A DNA stretch of 38,390 bases from assembly GCA_021827445.1 (NCBI GenBank), contig JAKAVW010000001.1:1-38390 (forward strand). The letters are read 5' to 3'. Position 1 is the stretch's first letter. Each line of letters starts with the position of its first letter. Below are positions 18,618 through 27,645 of this stretch, in pieces. The notes beneath the pieces are model-generated. The model did no database searches, was not told the origin of the DNA, and worked only from the letters and a program-made list of their open reading frames with translations. The translations under genes and the position numbers were made by a program. Source of the stretch: Pseudomonadota bacterium (GTDB taxonomy: Bacteria > Pseudomonadota > Gammaproteobacteria > Acidithiobacillales > Acidithiobacillaceae).

Positions 18618-19759
18618 ATGCTGCGGAAAACGGACTGATTCCCGGAGCCGCCAACAGTGCCGGTACCAAGACCTATGTGGCGCGCTTCGCCGAGACCCTC
18701 GCGGACGAACACTTCAGTGACTTTTTAAATACCCGCATCAAGCTGTCTTCGCTGGGGGTCGGTACCTTCCCCGGCGGCGTGGACGATGTGACGGATGTCG
18801 CGGTGGCGGCCATTGTGGCGCAGGCCTTGCAATCGGGTATCAATGTCGTCGATACTGGTGCCAACTATCGTTTCGGACGGGCCGGACGGGCGGTGGGGGT
18901 GGGTATTGCCAAGGCCATGGCGGCAGGCATTCGGCGTGAGGAATTCTTTGTCGTCGGCAAGGGCGGCTTTTTGACCTTTGCCAATGGCCGCCCCAGGGAA
19001 CCGCTGGCCTTTTTCCGTGAAGAAGTGGTGGCCAAGGGGTTGGGCAAGGAAGATGACCTCGCCCAAGGCGTCCATTGCCTGAGCCCCGAGTATATCGCCT
19101 GGCAACTGGATGCCCTGCGCGAGCAGACGGGTTTAGAGACGTTGGATGTCTTCCTGATTGATCAGCCGGAAGTGCATATCCCGGTGATTGGCAAGGAACG
19201 CATGTATCAGAAACTGATCGACGTGTTCACCATGCTCGAAGCCGCGGTGCAGGCCAACAAAATTCGCTGCTATGGCATTTCCACCTTTAATGCCTGCCGG
19301 GTAGAGACCGATAATACGCTGTTCCAGTCGCTGACCAGCCTGATCGGATTGGCTGAGAAGGCCGCAGGGCAAGGCAATCGCCACCATCTGCGGGTGGTGC
19401 AACTTCCCTTCAATGCGCTGATGCCGGAGGCCTACACCCGTTTCAGCCAGGTGACCGGGCAGGGCAATATCGGCTCGACCATTCAGGCGGCTTTTCAGCT
19501 CAAGCTGACCATTATGGCGAGTCACCCCCTGGGCAAAGGACTGCTGGCGCGGGAAGAAGTGCCTTCTCTACAGGAAGGGATGCCGGAGCTGGCTGATGCC
19601 GCGCAGCGCGCCATCCAGTTTGTGCGCTCGACGCCAGGTATCGGGGTGACGCTGGTGGGACTTAGCTCGCCCCTGCATCTCGCCGATTTTCTGGCGGTAG
19701 CCAGACAGCTTCCACTCCCCAAGGGGCGCTATCTGGCCATGTTTGAGAAGGAGGAATAG
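18614..19759 (+). CDS. Aldo/keto reductase family protein
   Basis: SSLGVGT, GINVVDTGANY, KGG, GISTF, VVQLPFN, PLGKG, LVGLSS motifs; GTGA-type overlap with the deacylase. Confidence 0.85.
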   Translation: MNAAENGLIPGAANSAGTKTYVARFAETLADEHFSDFLNTRIKLSSLGVGTFPGGVDDVTDVAVAAIVAQALQSGINVVDTGANYRFGRAGRAVGVGIAKAMAAGIRREEFFVVGKGGFLTFANGRPREPLAFFREEVVAKGLGKEDDLAQGVHCLSPEYIAWQLDALREQTGLETLDVFLIDQPEVHIPVIGKERMYQKLIDVFTMLEAAVQANKIRCYGISTFNACRVETDNTLFQSLTSLIGLAEKAAGQGNRHHLRVVQLPFNALMPEAYTRFSQVTGQGNIGSTIQAAFQLKLTIMASHPLGKGLLAREEVPSLQEGMPELADAAQRAIQFVRSTPGIGVTLVGLSSPLHLADFLAVARQLPLPKGRYLAMFEKEE

Positions 19760-19780
19760 TTTGTACTGAACGATTTTCGT

Positions 19781-20383
19781 CTATTTTTCGATGGAATCCG
19801 CTGACTTCTGATCCGGCCCGCTTTTGGGGGCTTTGGCCATTTCGGCGAGCAGGCGTTCTTGTTCCGCGAACGAGAGGCGGCGCTGTCCAGGCGCAAAACC
19901 CTTTTTGGCGGGGGCATTGGCGGCAGGGTGGCCGGCCCGCTCGCCCTCCTTGGTCTGGGTATAGTCTCGTAACTCGCGCTGCCATTGCGCTGGTTTCTCA
20001 CCGGTGTCCGCGCGTCCCTGGTAGTTGGCGGGGGCGGCTGGCGTCTGTTTGGCGAACCAGCTCGCCTTGCGCAGGGCCTTGTTGTAAGCGCTGATCCACA
20101 GGTCAATGTGGCTGAGGTCCCAGAGCGCAGTGGCGCAGAGCACAATGGTAAGGCCAATGGCCTCCCAGATTAAACCCAGAAAGGCCAGCCCGATAATTGC
20201 GGCGCTGACTAGCGGAAAGACCCAGGCCCAAGCCTGTTCCAGATAGAAACGATGCGCTCCAACGGGAAACAAGCACCAGTATAGATAACCCCATAGAGAT
20301 TTCTTCTGGAGTTTTTGCAAGCGAATTTGTAGACTCTGTACCCCGGCGCCTTGCAGGTCGAGCTTTTCCCAAGCCTTGGGCAT
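19781..20383 (-). CDS. TM2-domain membrane protein
   Basis: KKSLWGYLYWCLFPVGAHRFYL TM2 signature followed by hydrophobic helices; GGAGG RBS. Confidence 0.8.
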   Translation of the reverse strand: MPKAWEKLDLQGAGVQSLQIRLQKLQKKSLWGYLYWCLFPVGAHRFYLEQAWAWVFPLVSAAIIGLAFLGLIWEAIGLTIVLCATALWDLSHIDLWISAYNKALRKASWFAKQTPAAPANYQGRADTGEKPAQWQRELRDYTQTKEGERAGHPAANAPAKKGFAPGQRRLSFAEQERLLAEMAKAPKSGPDQKSADSIEK

Positions 20384-20468
20384 GGGTTATCCTCCGTTAA
20401 TACTGTATTGAAGCGCTCAGATACTACCCATAAACTGGTGAAAAGTCGCGGGCGACTTAAGGATTTCC

Positions 20469-21395
20469 ATGGCAGATAGGCGTTTACAGGTTTTTCACAC
20501 CGTGGCAAGGCTGCTCAGCTTTACCAAGGCGGCAGATACACTGCATATGACCCAGCCAGCGGTGACCTTCCAGGTCAAGCAACTGGAAGAGCAATTCAAT
20601 ACGCGTTTGTTTGACCGCACTCATAACCGCATCAGCCTCACCGAGGCCGGTATGGTGGTTTATGAGTACTCCGAGCGCATCATCTCGCTGTATAGTGAGA
20701 TGTCCAATCGGGTCGGGGAAATGACGGGTGATCTGCGCGGGCAACTGCTCATCGGGGCCAGTACGACCATTGCCGAATACATGCTGCCTCGGGTCCTGGG
20801 TGACTTCAAAATGAAGTATCCCGATGTGCAGGTGCGCCTGCATGTGGGTAATACGGATAAAATTGTCCACATGATTGAGGATAACAGCATCGACCTGGGT
20901 CTGGTGGAAGGGGTGGTGACCAACAAAAGTCTTGCCACGCTGAAGTGCTGCATGGACTCCATGGTGGTCATTGCCGAGCCGGATCATGCCCTGGGTACCT
21001 ACGAAAGTGTGACCGCGCAGGAGTTGCTGGATTATCCCTTTGTTTCCCGCGAGGAAGGATCAGGCACCCGTGAGGTGACCATGGAGTATTTGCATCAGGT
21101 CGGCGTGGACACCAACGATCTGCATATCACCATGGAATTAGGCAGTCCGGAAGCGGTTAAAGGGGCTGTGGAAGGCGGGCTGGGGGTGGCGATTGTCTCC
21201 GAGACGACTGTTCTCAAGGAGTTGGCGCTGGGTACTTTGCTGGCGCGCCCCTTGAATCCGCCGCTGGCGCGCCCCTATTCCTTCGTCTATCAGAAGCAGA
21301 AATTTCGTAGTCTGGTGATGGACGAGTTTCTGGAATTCGCCAAAGATCGCTGTAGCAGGGACATGCTGTCCGTGCCGGTGCGTCGAGGGGGTTAA
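20469..21395 (+). CDS. LysR-family transcriptional regulator (CysL/CbbR-like substrate domain)
   Basis: SFTKAADTLHMTQPAVTFQVKQLE HTH; GASTTI; REEGSGTR motif. Confidence 0.93.
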   Translation: MADRRLQVFHTVARLLSFTKAADTLHMTQPAVTFQVKQLEEQFNTRLFDRTHNRISLTEAGMVVYEYSERIISLYSEMSNRVGEMTGDLRGQLLIGASTTIAEYMLPRVLGDFKMKYPDVQVRLHVGNTDKIVHMIEDNSIDLGLVEGVVTNKSLATLKCCMDSMVVIAEPDHALGTYESVTAQELLDYPFVSREEGSGTREVTMEYLHQVGVDTNDLHITMELGSPEAVKGAVEGGLGVAIVSETTVLKELALGTLLARPLNPPLARPYSFVYQKQKFRSLVMDEFLEFAKDRCSRDMLSVPVRRGG

Positions 21396-21396
21396 C

Positions 21397-22149
21397 ATGA
21401 AGCATTTTGCCGTCGTGCAGCACAGTTACTCCGAGTTTCTGGGCATCGTGGAGAGTCAACTGGAGAAGCGCGACATCGGTTTCAGTTACTTCCGGGTTTT
21501 TCTCAGTAACGAGCTGCCGGGCAATGCGCTGACTTTTGATGCCTTATTTTTGCTGGGTGGGCCTATGTCTCCCCTGGAGTCGGACAAATATGCCTGGCTG
21601 ACCCAGGAACTCAATACCATCGCTATTTTCCGCAAGGCGAAGCGGCCGGTGGTGGGCTTTGGCTTGGGGGCGTTATTGCTGGCGCAGTATGAAGGGTCCG
21701 AATTGCATCTGGAGCCCTACCATAACGCCTATTTCACCACGGCACATGCTACGGAGGCAGGCCGTGACGACCCGCTGGCGCAGGCGGTTGACGGAGCCCA
21801 GGTCATGGTCTGGTCTCCGGGGACGGCAACCTTGCCGGAAGGCATCAAGCCGCTGGTGGTGGATGATGATGGCCGCTGGATTGCCTTCCGCGCGGAGGAT
21901 GGTGTGGTGGGACTGCTGTTCCGGCCGGAGATGAAGCCGGGGCTGATTGAAGATATTCTTATGGAAGAAGATCGCGAAACGCCCGAGAATATCGGCGAAC
22001 TCCTGGGGCAGGCGCGGACGCTGTGGCCGGAGATGCAGAAAACTACGGACCGGGTCATCATCGCCTTGGTCCGCGAGTTATCCCTCATGACCGAGAAACG
22101 CAAACCACGGGTGTTTTCTCTCAAGGTGGATACCGGAGCTGATGTATGA
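21397..22149 (+). CDS. Type 1 glutamine amidotransferase-like protein, catalytic residues degenerate (LipX-like)
   Basis: VVQH, LLGGPMS, PVVGFGLGALLLA, LLFRPE pattern of a GATase1 fold. Confidence 0.8.
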   Translation: MKHFAVVQHSYSEFLGIVESQLEKRDIGFSYFRVFLSNELPGNALTFDALFLLGGPMSPLESDKYAWLTQELNTIAIFRKAKRPVVGFGLGALLLAQYEGSELHLEPYHNAYFTTAHATEAGRDDPLAQAVDGAQVMVWSPGTATLPEGIKPLVVDDDGRWIAFRAEDGVVGLLFRPEMKPGLIEDILMEEDRETPENIGELLGQARTLWPEMQKTTDRVIIALVRELSLMTEKRKPRVFSLKVDTGADV

Positions 22150-22502
22150 ACAGCCGGGAGCGCCATTTTCTCCGCGTCATGCGCAAACTCGGGAGCGCGG
22201 AGCAGGAGCAGTTGCTGGCCTTTGCCGATTTTTTGAGAAGCCGGCAACAACCAGAAACGGTGGTGATGCATCAGGCGCCAAAGATTTTACCCGCCAAAGA
22301 GGGTGAGACCGTCGTCGGTGCGATTAAACGCCTGCGGGAAAGCTATGCCATGCTCGATGCCAAGGAGATGCTCAACGACACCTCCAGTCTGATGTCCAGG
22401 CATGTGATGGGCGGGGAAGCGGCAGAGACGGTCATTGTTGAATTGGAGAGGATGTTCGAACGCTACTATCAGCGTTGTCGCGGCGCGCCGGAAGACGCAT
22501 GA
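22146..22502 (+). CDS. Conserved hypothetical protein
   Basis: ATGA-coupled ORF with ETVVGAIKRLRESYAML motif. No function assignable. Confidence 0.75.
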   Translation: MNSRERHFLRVMRKLGSAEQEQLLAFADFLRSRQQPETVVMHQAPKILPAKEGETVVGAIKRLRESYAMLDAKEMLNDTSSLMSRHVMGGEAAETVIVELERMFERYYQRCRGAPEDA

Positions 22503-22530
22503 ATTCACGTCGCACCGGGTGATCGCGCCG

Positions 22531-23178
22531 ATGCCGGATATTCATCATCTCGTGCAGATTCTGCTGCACTTTGACCAATACCTGATAGTGTTTCTTCAGC
22601 AATATGGGGCTTGGGTCTATGCCCTGTTGTTCCTGATTCTTTTCGCCGAGACCGGGCTGGTGATTATGCCGGTTTTACCGGGCGACTCCATGTTATTTAT
22701 CTGTGGTACCTTAGCCGGCGCGGGCATCATGAACGCACCCTGGTTGCTGGGTCTGCTGGTGACTGCGGCAGTGCTGGGCGATGCGGTGAATTACTGGGTG
22801 GGGCGCCGCTGGGGTGTTCGCCTTTTTGGTGGGCGCCTGCTCAATGTCCGGTACCTGGATACGACCCAGCACTTCTATGCACGACATGGCGGTAAGACGG
22901 TGATCATCGCCCGTTTTTTGCCCATTATTCGTACCTTCGCACCTTTTGTGGCAGGTATTGCCACTATGCCGTATCGTCGTTTCTTTGGTTTCAATTTGAC
23001 GGGCGCTTTCCTGTGGGTGGGGGGCTTGCTGGGTGCTGGTTATTTCCTCGGGCGCTTTCCCTGGGTTAAAAGTCACCTGAATATGGTGATCGTCGCTATC
23101 ATCGTGATTTCACTGTTTCCCGCCGTGCTGGCTTGGCTGCAACAGCGTTTGCGGCCTTCCGAGCATCCTTTCCGCTAA
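22531..23178 (+). CDS. dedA: DedA-family membrane protein
   Basis: FAETGL..PVLPGDSML, GDAVNY, HGGKTVIIARFLPIIRTFAPFVAG signature. Confidence 0.92.
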   Translation: MPDIHHLVQILLHFDQYLIVFLQQYGAWVYALLFLILFAETGLVIMPVLPGDSMLFICGTLAGAGIMNAPWLLGLLVTAAVLGDAVNYWVGRRWGVRLFGGRLLNVRYLDTTQHFYARHGGKTVIIARFLPIIRTFAPFVAGIATMPYRRFFGFNLTGAFLWVGGLLGAGYFLGRFPWVKSHLNMVIVAIIVISLFPAVLAWLQQRLRPSEHPFR

Positions 23179-23927
23179 GTCTTTGTCTCGCTGTGCCCCG
23201 TTGCGCGCGCTATGCGCCGGGCAGCGCGCTGTACCAGCCAGTTAAACAGGGCCTGCTGATGCGGATCACCGGCGGCTGTATGCTCCGGGTGCCATTGGAC
23301 GGCAAAGACATCTGGATTGTCGGGCATATCCACGGCTTCAATGACGCCATCCTCGGCGATGGCGTTGATGCGTAGTGCGGGGGCCATGTTCGCGATGGCC
23401 TGGTGATGCCAGGAGGATATCTCCAGGGTATCCCGCCCGACGATGCCCCCCAGCAACGTGTCCGGCAAGACGATGACCTCATGCATGATGGGATTATGCT
23501 CGGCGTTGCGATGGCAAATGCGGGTGCCAATGCTTTTGGGCAGGTCCTGGAGAAGGTCGCCGCCCAAGGCGACATTAATGATCTGCAGGCCGCGGCAGAT
23601 GCCGAGCACCGGGATGCGCCGGGCGATGGCCTCTCGCGCCAGCGCGATCTCAGAGGCGTCGCGGTCCGGATGTACGGCATGAATGCTGTCGTCACACGGC
23701 GCACCGTAAAAATCGGGAGAGATGTCGCCGCCGCCGGTGAGCACCAGCGCGTCACAGCGCGACAGAATAAGTCTGGCCTCGGGGCACTGGGGTGGAAAGA
23801 GGATGGGCAACCCGCCCGCCTGACAGACGGCGGCGGCATACTGAGGGGCGAGGGAAAAGGCCTCGCCGTTGCGCTCATAGGCGCTCAGCGCGATGACGGG
23901 TGGCACGGGGGGGTGGAAATCATCCAC
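23175..23927 (-). CDS. puuD: Gamma-glutamyl-gamma-aminobutyrate hydrolase family (peptidase C26)
   Basis: LTGGGDI, RD..E, GICRGLQ, SWHHQA, VQWHPE with an intact Cys-His-Glu triad. Confidence 0.85.
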   Translation of the reverse strand: MDDFHPPVPPVIALSAYERNGEAFSLAPQYAAAVCQAGGLPILFPPQCPEARLILSRCDALVLTGGGDISPDFYGAPCDDSIHAVHPDRDASEIALAREAIARRIPVLGICRGLQIINVALGGDLLQDLPKSIGTRICHRNAEHNPIMHEVIVLPDTLLGGIVGRDTLEISSWHHQAIANMAPALRINAIAEDGVIEAVDMPDNPDVFAVQWHPEHTAAGDPHQQALFNWLVQRAARRIARATGHSETKT

Positions 23928-24792
23928 GACGCGGATTCCCGTCCAAAGTCAGGATGGGCGTGTACAGTTCAGGGCGGCGATCACGGAAGAGTCCCCACTC
24001 CAGCCGCTGTGCAGCGATGGTTTGCAGGTCGAAATCGGCATAGAGGATGGTCTCTTCCTGCTCGGCATGGGCGATGAGTGCGCCGGTGGCGTCGCTGATA
24101 AAAGAGCCGCCATAAAAGGTGATTTCGCTCTCCCGGCCGATTTCCCGTCCCACCCGGTTGGCAGCGACGACGGGGACCAGATTGGCGGCGGCATGGCCTT
24201 GCATGACCCGGGTCCAGTGTCCGCGGCTGTTGATTTCCGGGGCTTGAGGTTCAGAGCCGATAGCGGTGGGGTAGAACAGGATTTCGGCACCCTGCAGCGC
24301 CATCACCCGCGCCGCTTCCGGGAACCATTGGTCCCAGCAGATGGCGACGCCGAGGCGTCCGTAGCGGCTGTCAAACACGCGGAACCCGGTATCGCCGGGG
24401 CTGAAATAAAATTTTTCCTGATAGCCGGGGCCGTCCGGGATATGGGCCTTGCGATAGAGCCCCAGATCGCTGCCGTCGGCGTCAAAAACCACCAGACTAT
24501 TGAAGAAGGCGTTATTGGCGCGTTCAAAAAAGCTGACCGGGAGCACGATCTCGCGCTCCCGCGCCAGCTTTTGCATGGCCAGCAGGGCGGGGTGGCTCTC
24601 GCGGGGCTGTGCCAGGTTCAGGAAGTCGGGATTCTGGTCCTTGCAGAAGTACGGTGTGCTGAAGAGTTCCTGAAGGAGAATGATCCGGGCACCGGCGTCT
24701 GCCGCTGAGGTTACGTGCCGCAGTGCCTTGGCGATATTGTCGGTCTCGTTTTCTCCTACGGCCATCTGAATGGCTGCCACTTTTAACCGCAC
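23920..24792 (-). CDS. aguB: N-carbamoylputrescine amidase
   Basis: Nitrilase fold: LQELF, YRKAHIPDGPGYQEKFYF, ICWDQWFPE, YPTAIGSEP, FRDRRPELY. Confidence 0.92.
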   Translation of the reverse strand: MRLKVAAIQMAVGENETDNIAKALRHVTSAADAGARIILLQELFSTPYFCKDQNPDFLNLAQPRESHPALLAMQKLAREREIVLPVSFFERANNAFFNSLVVFDADGSDLGLYRKAHIPDGPGYQEKFYFSPGDTGFRVFDSRYGRLGVAICWDQWFPEAARVMALQGAEILFYPTAIGSEPQAPEINSRGHWTRVMQGHAAANLVPVVAANRVGREIGRESEITFYGGSFISDATGALIAHAEQEETILYADFDLQTIAAQRLEWGLFRDRRPELYTPILTLDGNPRRG

Positions 24793-25030
24793 CGGTCACC
24801 TCGTTCGTCATGGCCAATCAAATATCACTCCCGGCCTGTGGGATAAGTATAGAGGACCTCTTCATGGAGACAATAGGTTAAATGATCGCCTATCAAGGAG
24901 AAGGGCTGCTTGCATACTGCGACCCTTCGTCCGATCCAAATCTTGGGTACCCGACACGCGGCGCCTAGGCCGAGCGGGCGAGTGCCGTCGCCAAGTCGAA
25001 CGTATGATGGAACGGCGGGCTGAGGTGTCC

Positions 25031-25300
25031 TCACTGTCTTCCCCCCACGCCGCACCAGCGGTAGGCCTGAACGGAGGACGTCGGGGTGCTGCTGCAACTG
25101 CCGCATCCGCCCGAATTACAACGGTTGCCACAGCTTTTATGGGTCCCGACCAGTACCGGCTCTACCGCGCCGCGACACTGCCAGTACGCTAGCATGTCCT
25201 CGACCAGGCCAACAGAGAGCTTTAATTCGGCAGCCATCTGGCTGGCGCTGGCCATGCCTTGTCTCAGTAGTACCTCCCGAACCGCGAATAAGGGTTTCAT
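25031..25300 (-). CDS. feoC: FeoC-like winged-helix/Fe-S protein
   Basis: Start ATG overlaps the feoB stop; wHTH pattern and Cys-rich CGNRCNSGGCGSC. Confidence 0.8.
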   Translation of the reverse strand: MKPLFAVREVLLRQGMASASQMAAELKLSVGLVEDMLAYWQCRGAVEPVLVGTHKSCGNRCNSGGCGSCSSTPTSSVQAYRWCGVGGRQ

Positions 25301-27645
25301 GCCGCCGCCCTCTGGTTCAGAGAGGGCTTCGCTAAGGCGGCCGCGCGCTGCCCATAAAGCCGCAGACCAATGACCAGCAAGGCAAAGGCTGCCAGTACCC
25401 CCACGATCCATGCCCCGGAGGATCCCGGATGTTCGGTGAAGGTGCCCGTCTGGTAAATCACCGTGCCCGCGCCCCAAGCCAGGCTGATACCATACAGCAG
25501 GGAGAAGATCATCCAGCCCCAGCCGACTTCCCGGCGGAGTGCGCCCATGGTGCTGGCGCAGGGCACGTAAAGCAGCACAAAGACCAGGTAAGCAAATGCC
25601 GAGAGGGCGGTGAAGTCGGCCGCAATCGCCTGGAGGGTGGCGCTTTCCGCCCCCGATGCCTGTTGGGTGGAGGCGGTGGATGTGATAGCGGACAGACCCA
25701 AAGGGTCGTCCAGCGTGGTGATAAAGGTGATGGCATTAGTGGGGATTGTCTTGAGCGCATCCCAGAGTTGCCCGGCAAGGTCGGGATCGCGATAGGCTGC
25801 CATCAGATCGGCCGCATTTTGCCGCTGATAAATACCATTCAGCGTGCCGATCACAATCTCCTTGGCGGCTGCCCCTGCAGTCAGGCCGGAAATGGCTGGC
25901 CAGTTCTCCTGATGAATCCCCATGGGCGCAAAAATCGGAATCAGCGCATGGCTGCCCTGGGCGAGCAGGGAATGGTCAATGTCGGTACTGCGCAGCCCGT
26001 GATCTGTCCAGTCGATGCCGGGAAGAATGAAGAGTACCACGCCGATGACTGCAATCACCCGGCCCACCCGGAAGATGAACACCTTCAAGCGCTGCCAGCT
26101 CTGCAATACCACACTCCGGATGCTGGGCAGGCGGTAGGGCGGCAGTTCCATGACGAATGGCAGTGCCTCGCCGCGCAAGGCGGTTTTGCCGAGCAGCCAG
26201 GCCGTCAGCAGGGCGACGATAATACCCAGCACATAGAGGGCGAAGACTACCTGTCCGCCATTGCTGCGAAAGAACACCACGGCAAAGGCCATATAAATGG
26301 TCAGGCGTGCGGAGCAGGACATGAAGGGTTGCATCAACACGGTCAGGATACGTCCGCGCGGATCTTCGATGATCCGCGATCCCATGATGGCGGGCACATT
26401 ACAGCCGAAACCGATCACCATGGGAACGAGCGCGTTGCCGGGTAATCCCAGGCGACGCATCAGACGATCCATGGCATAGGCGGCGCGGGCCATGTAACCC
26501 GAATCGTCGAGCAAGGCCAGAAAGACGAAAGTCAGGCCAATAGGGGGAATGAAGGAAATTACGAGATTCAGTCCGCCGCCGACGCCTCCGGCAACGATAG
26601 AGATCAACCCGGTGGGTAGCCCCGTCTCCAGCAGCACATGACCGACCTCATGGATCAGGAGCGCAGCGGAGGCCTGATCGAAGAAATCCAAAAAGATATT
26701 GCCGCCGCTGAAACTGACGACGAAGACCAGATAGAGCACCAGCAAAAAAACGGGAACACCGAGCCAGTCATTCAGCACCACATGATCCAGCAGGTCGGTG
26801 ACCCGCTGGCGTATTCCGGCATGTCCGTTACGACGCAGCGCCGTGGTGGCCATTTCCTGTGCCCAGCCGAAACGCTGATCCATGATCAGATCGGCAGGGG
26901 TTTCAGCGCTGCCATCTTCCACCTCTGCGGTGATCTGCTGCAGAGTATGTTGCACCCCGGAGTTGGTGGGGTCGGCGCTGCCCTCCAGCAGGCGTAAGGC
27001 CTCGAAACGCTGACGCACGGGATTGCTGCCCGGCAGCAGGGTGCTTAGGGTGTCCAGAGCGCATTCTATGAGCGGGCCATAGGCGGGCGGGCTGCCATGG
27101 GGTGGCTGCTTGAGTGCCTGTGTCAGGCTTTCCAGCAGAGCGCTGCGACCCTTGGCCTTGCGGGCGACCATGGGTATTACCGGCAGACCGAGTGCCGTTG
27201 ACAGTCCAGCGGTGAGCACTTCCAGTCCCTGGGCCTCGGCCTCATCGACCATATTCATTACCAGAATCATCGGGCGGCCCGTTTCCAGCAATTCTGCGGT
27301 CAGGGCCAGATGCCGCTCCAGATTGGAGGCATCCACGATGTTGATAACCAGATCGACCTGCCCGTCGAGCAGGAAGTTGCGGGCCACCGACTGATCCTCG
27401 CCGCCTCCCCCCAGCAGGCTGTAGACACCCGGCAGGTCAACAACCGAGACCTTGTGGCCACCCAAGCTCATGCTGCCGCTGCGCCGTTCGACGGTAACGC
27501 CTGGCCAGTTGCCCACATGCTGGTGGGCACCTGTCAGCAGGTTGAACACGGTGGTTTTGCCGCAGTTCGGATTGCCCGCCAAAGCGATAACCGGTAGCCC
27601 TGTGGTGGACGGGATTTTCTGATTTTCTTCGTGGCACGCGCTCAC
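25297..27645 (-). CDS. feoB: Ferrous iron transporter FeoB
   Basis: GNPNCGKT, GNWPGVTVE, DLPG, NMVD GTPase motifs; GFGCNVP, PFMSCSARL, MELPPY, YVPC membrane motifs. Confidence 0.97.
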   Translation of the reverse strand: MSACHEENQKIPSTTGLPVIALAGNPNCGKTTVFNLLTGAHQHVGNWPGVTVERRSGSMSLGGHKVSVVDLPGVYSLLGGGGEDQSVARNFLLDGQVDLVINIVDASNLERHLALTAELLETGRPMILVMNMVDEAEAQGLEVLTAGLSTALGLPVIPMVARKAKGRSALLESLTQALKQPPHGSPPAYGPLIECALDTLSTLLPGSNPVRQRFEALRLLEGSADPTNSGVQHTLQQITAEVEDGSAETPADLIMDQRFGWAQEMATTALRRNGHAGIRQRVTDLLDHVVLNDWLGVPVFLLVLYLVFVVSFSGGNIFLDFFDQASAALLIHEVGHVLLETGLPTGLISIVAGGVGGGLNLVISFIPPIGLTFVFLALLDDSGYMARAAYAMDRLMRRLGLPGNALVPMVIGFGCNVPAIMGSRIIEDPRGRILTVLMQPFMSCSARLTIYMAFAVVFFRSNGGQVVFALYVLGIIVALLTAWLLGKTALRGEALPFVMELPPYRLPSIRSVVLQSWQRLKVFIFRVGRVIAVIGVVLFILPGIDWTDHGLRSTDIDHSLLAQGSHALIPIFAPMGIHQENWPAISGLTAGAAAKEIVIGTLNGIYQRQNAADLMAAYRDPDLAGQLWDALKTIPTNAITFITTLDDPLGLSAITSTASTQQASGAESATLQAIAADFTALSAFAYLVFVLLYVPCASTMGALRREVGWGWMIFSLLYGISLAWGAGTVIYQTGTFTEHPGSSGAWIVGVLAAFALLVIGLRLYGQRAAALAKPSLNQRAAA

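Noticed and set aside
20401-20420. LexA SOS box-like TACTGTAT... upstream of LysR
   Set aside because: CTG and CAG are 12 nt apart rather than 10, and the neighbours are not SOS genes.
22146-22502. Crp/Fnr regulator-type call for this ORF
   Set aside because: Too short, with no visible cyclic-nucleotide-binding domain or Crp HTH motif.
24793-25030. Possible tRNA or structured RNA between feoC and aguB
   Set aside because: No cloverleaf or T-loop (GTTCGA) signature; only a weak GAAGGG...CCCTTC hairpin.
25301-25477. N-terminal extension of the feoC ORF (148 aa)
   Set aside because: It overlaps feoB; the ATG at 25300 coupled to the feoB stop gives a normal-sized FeoC.
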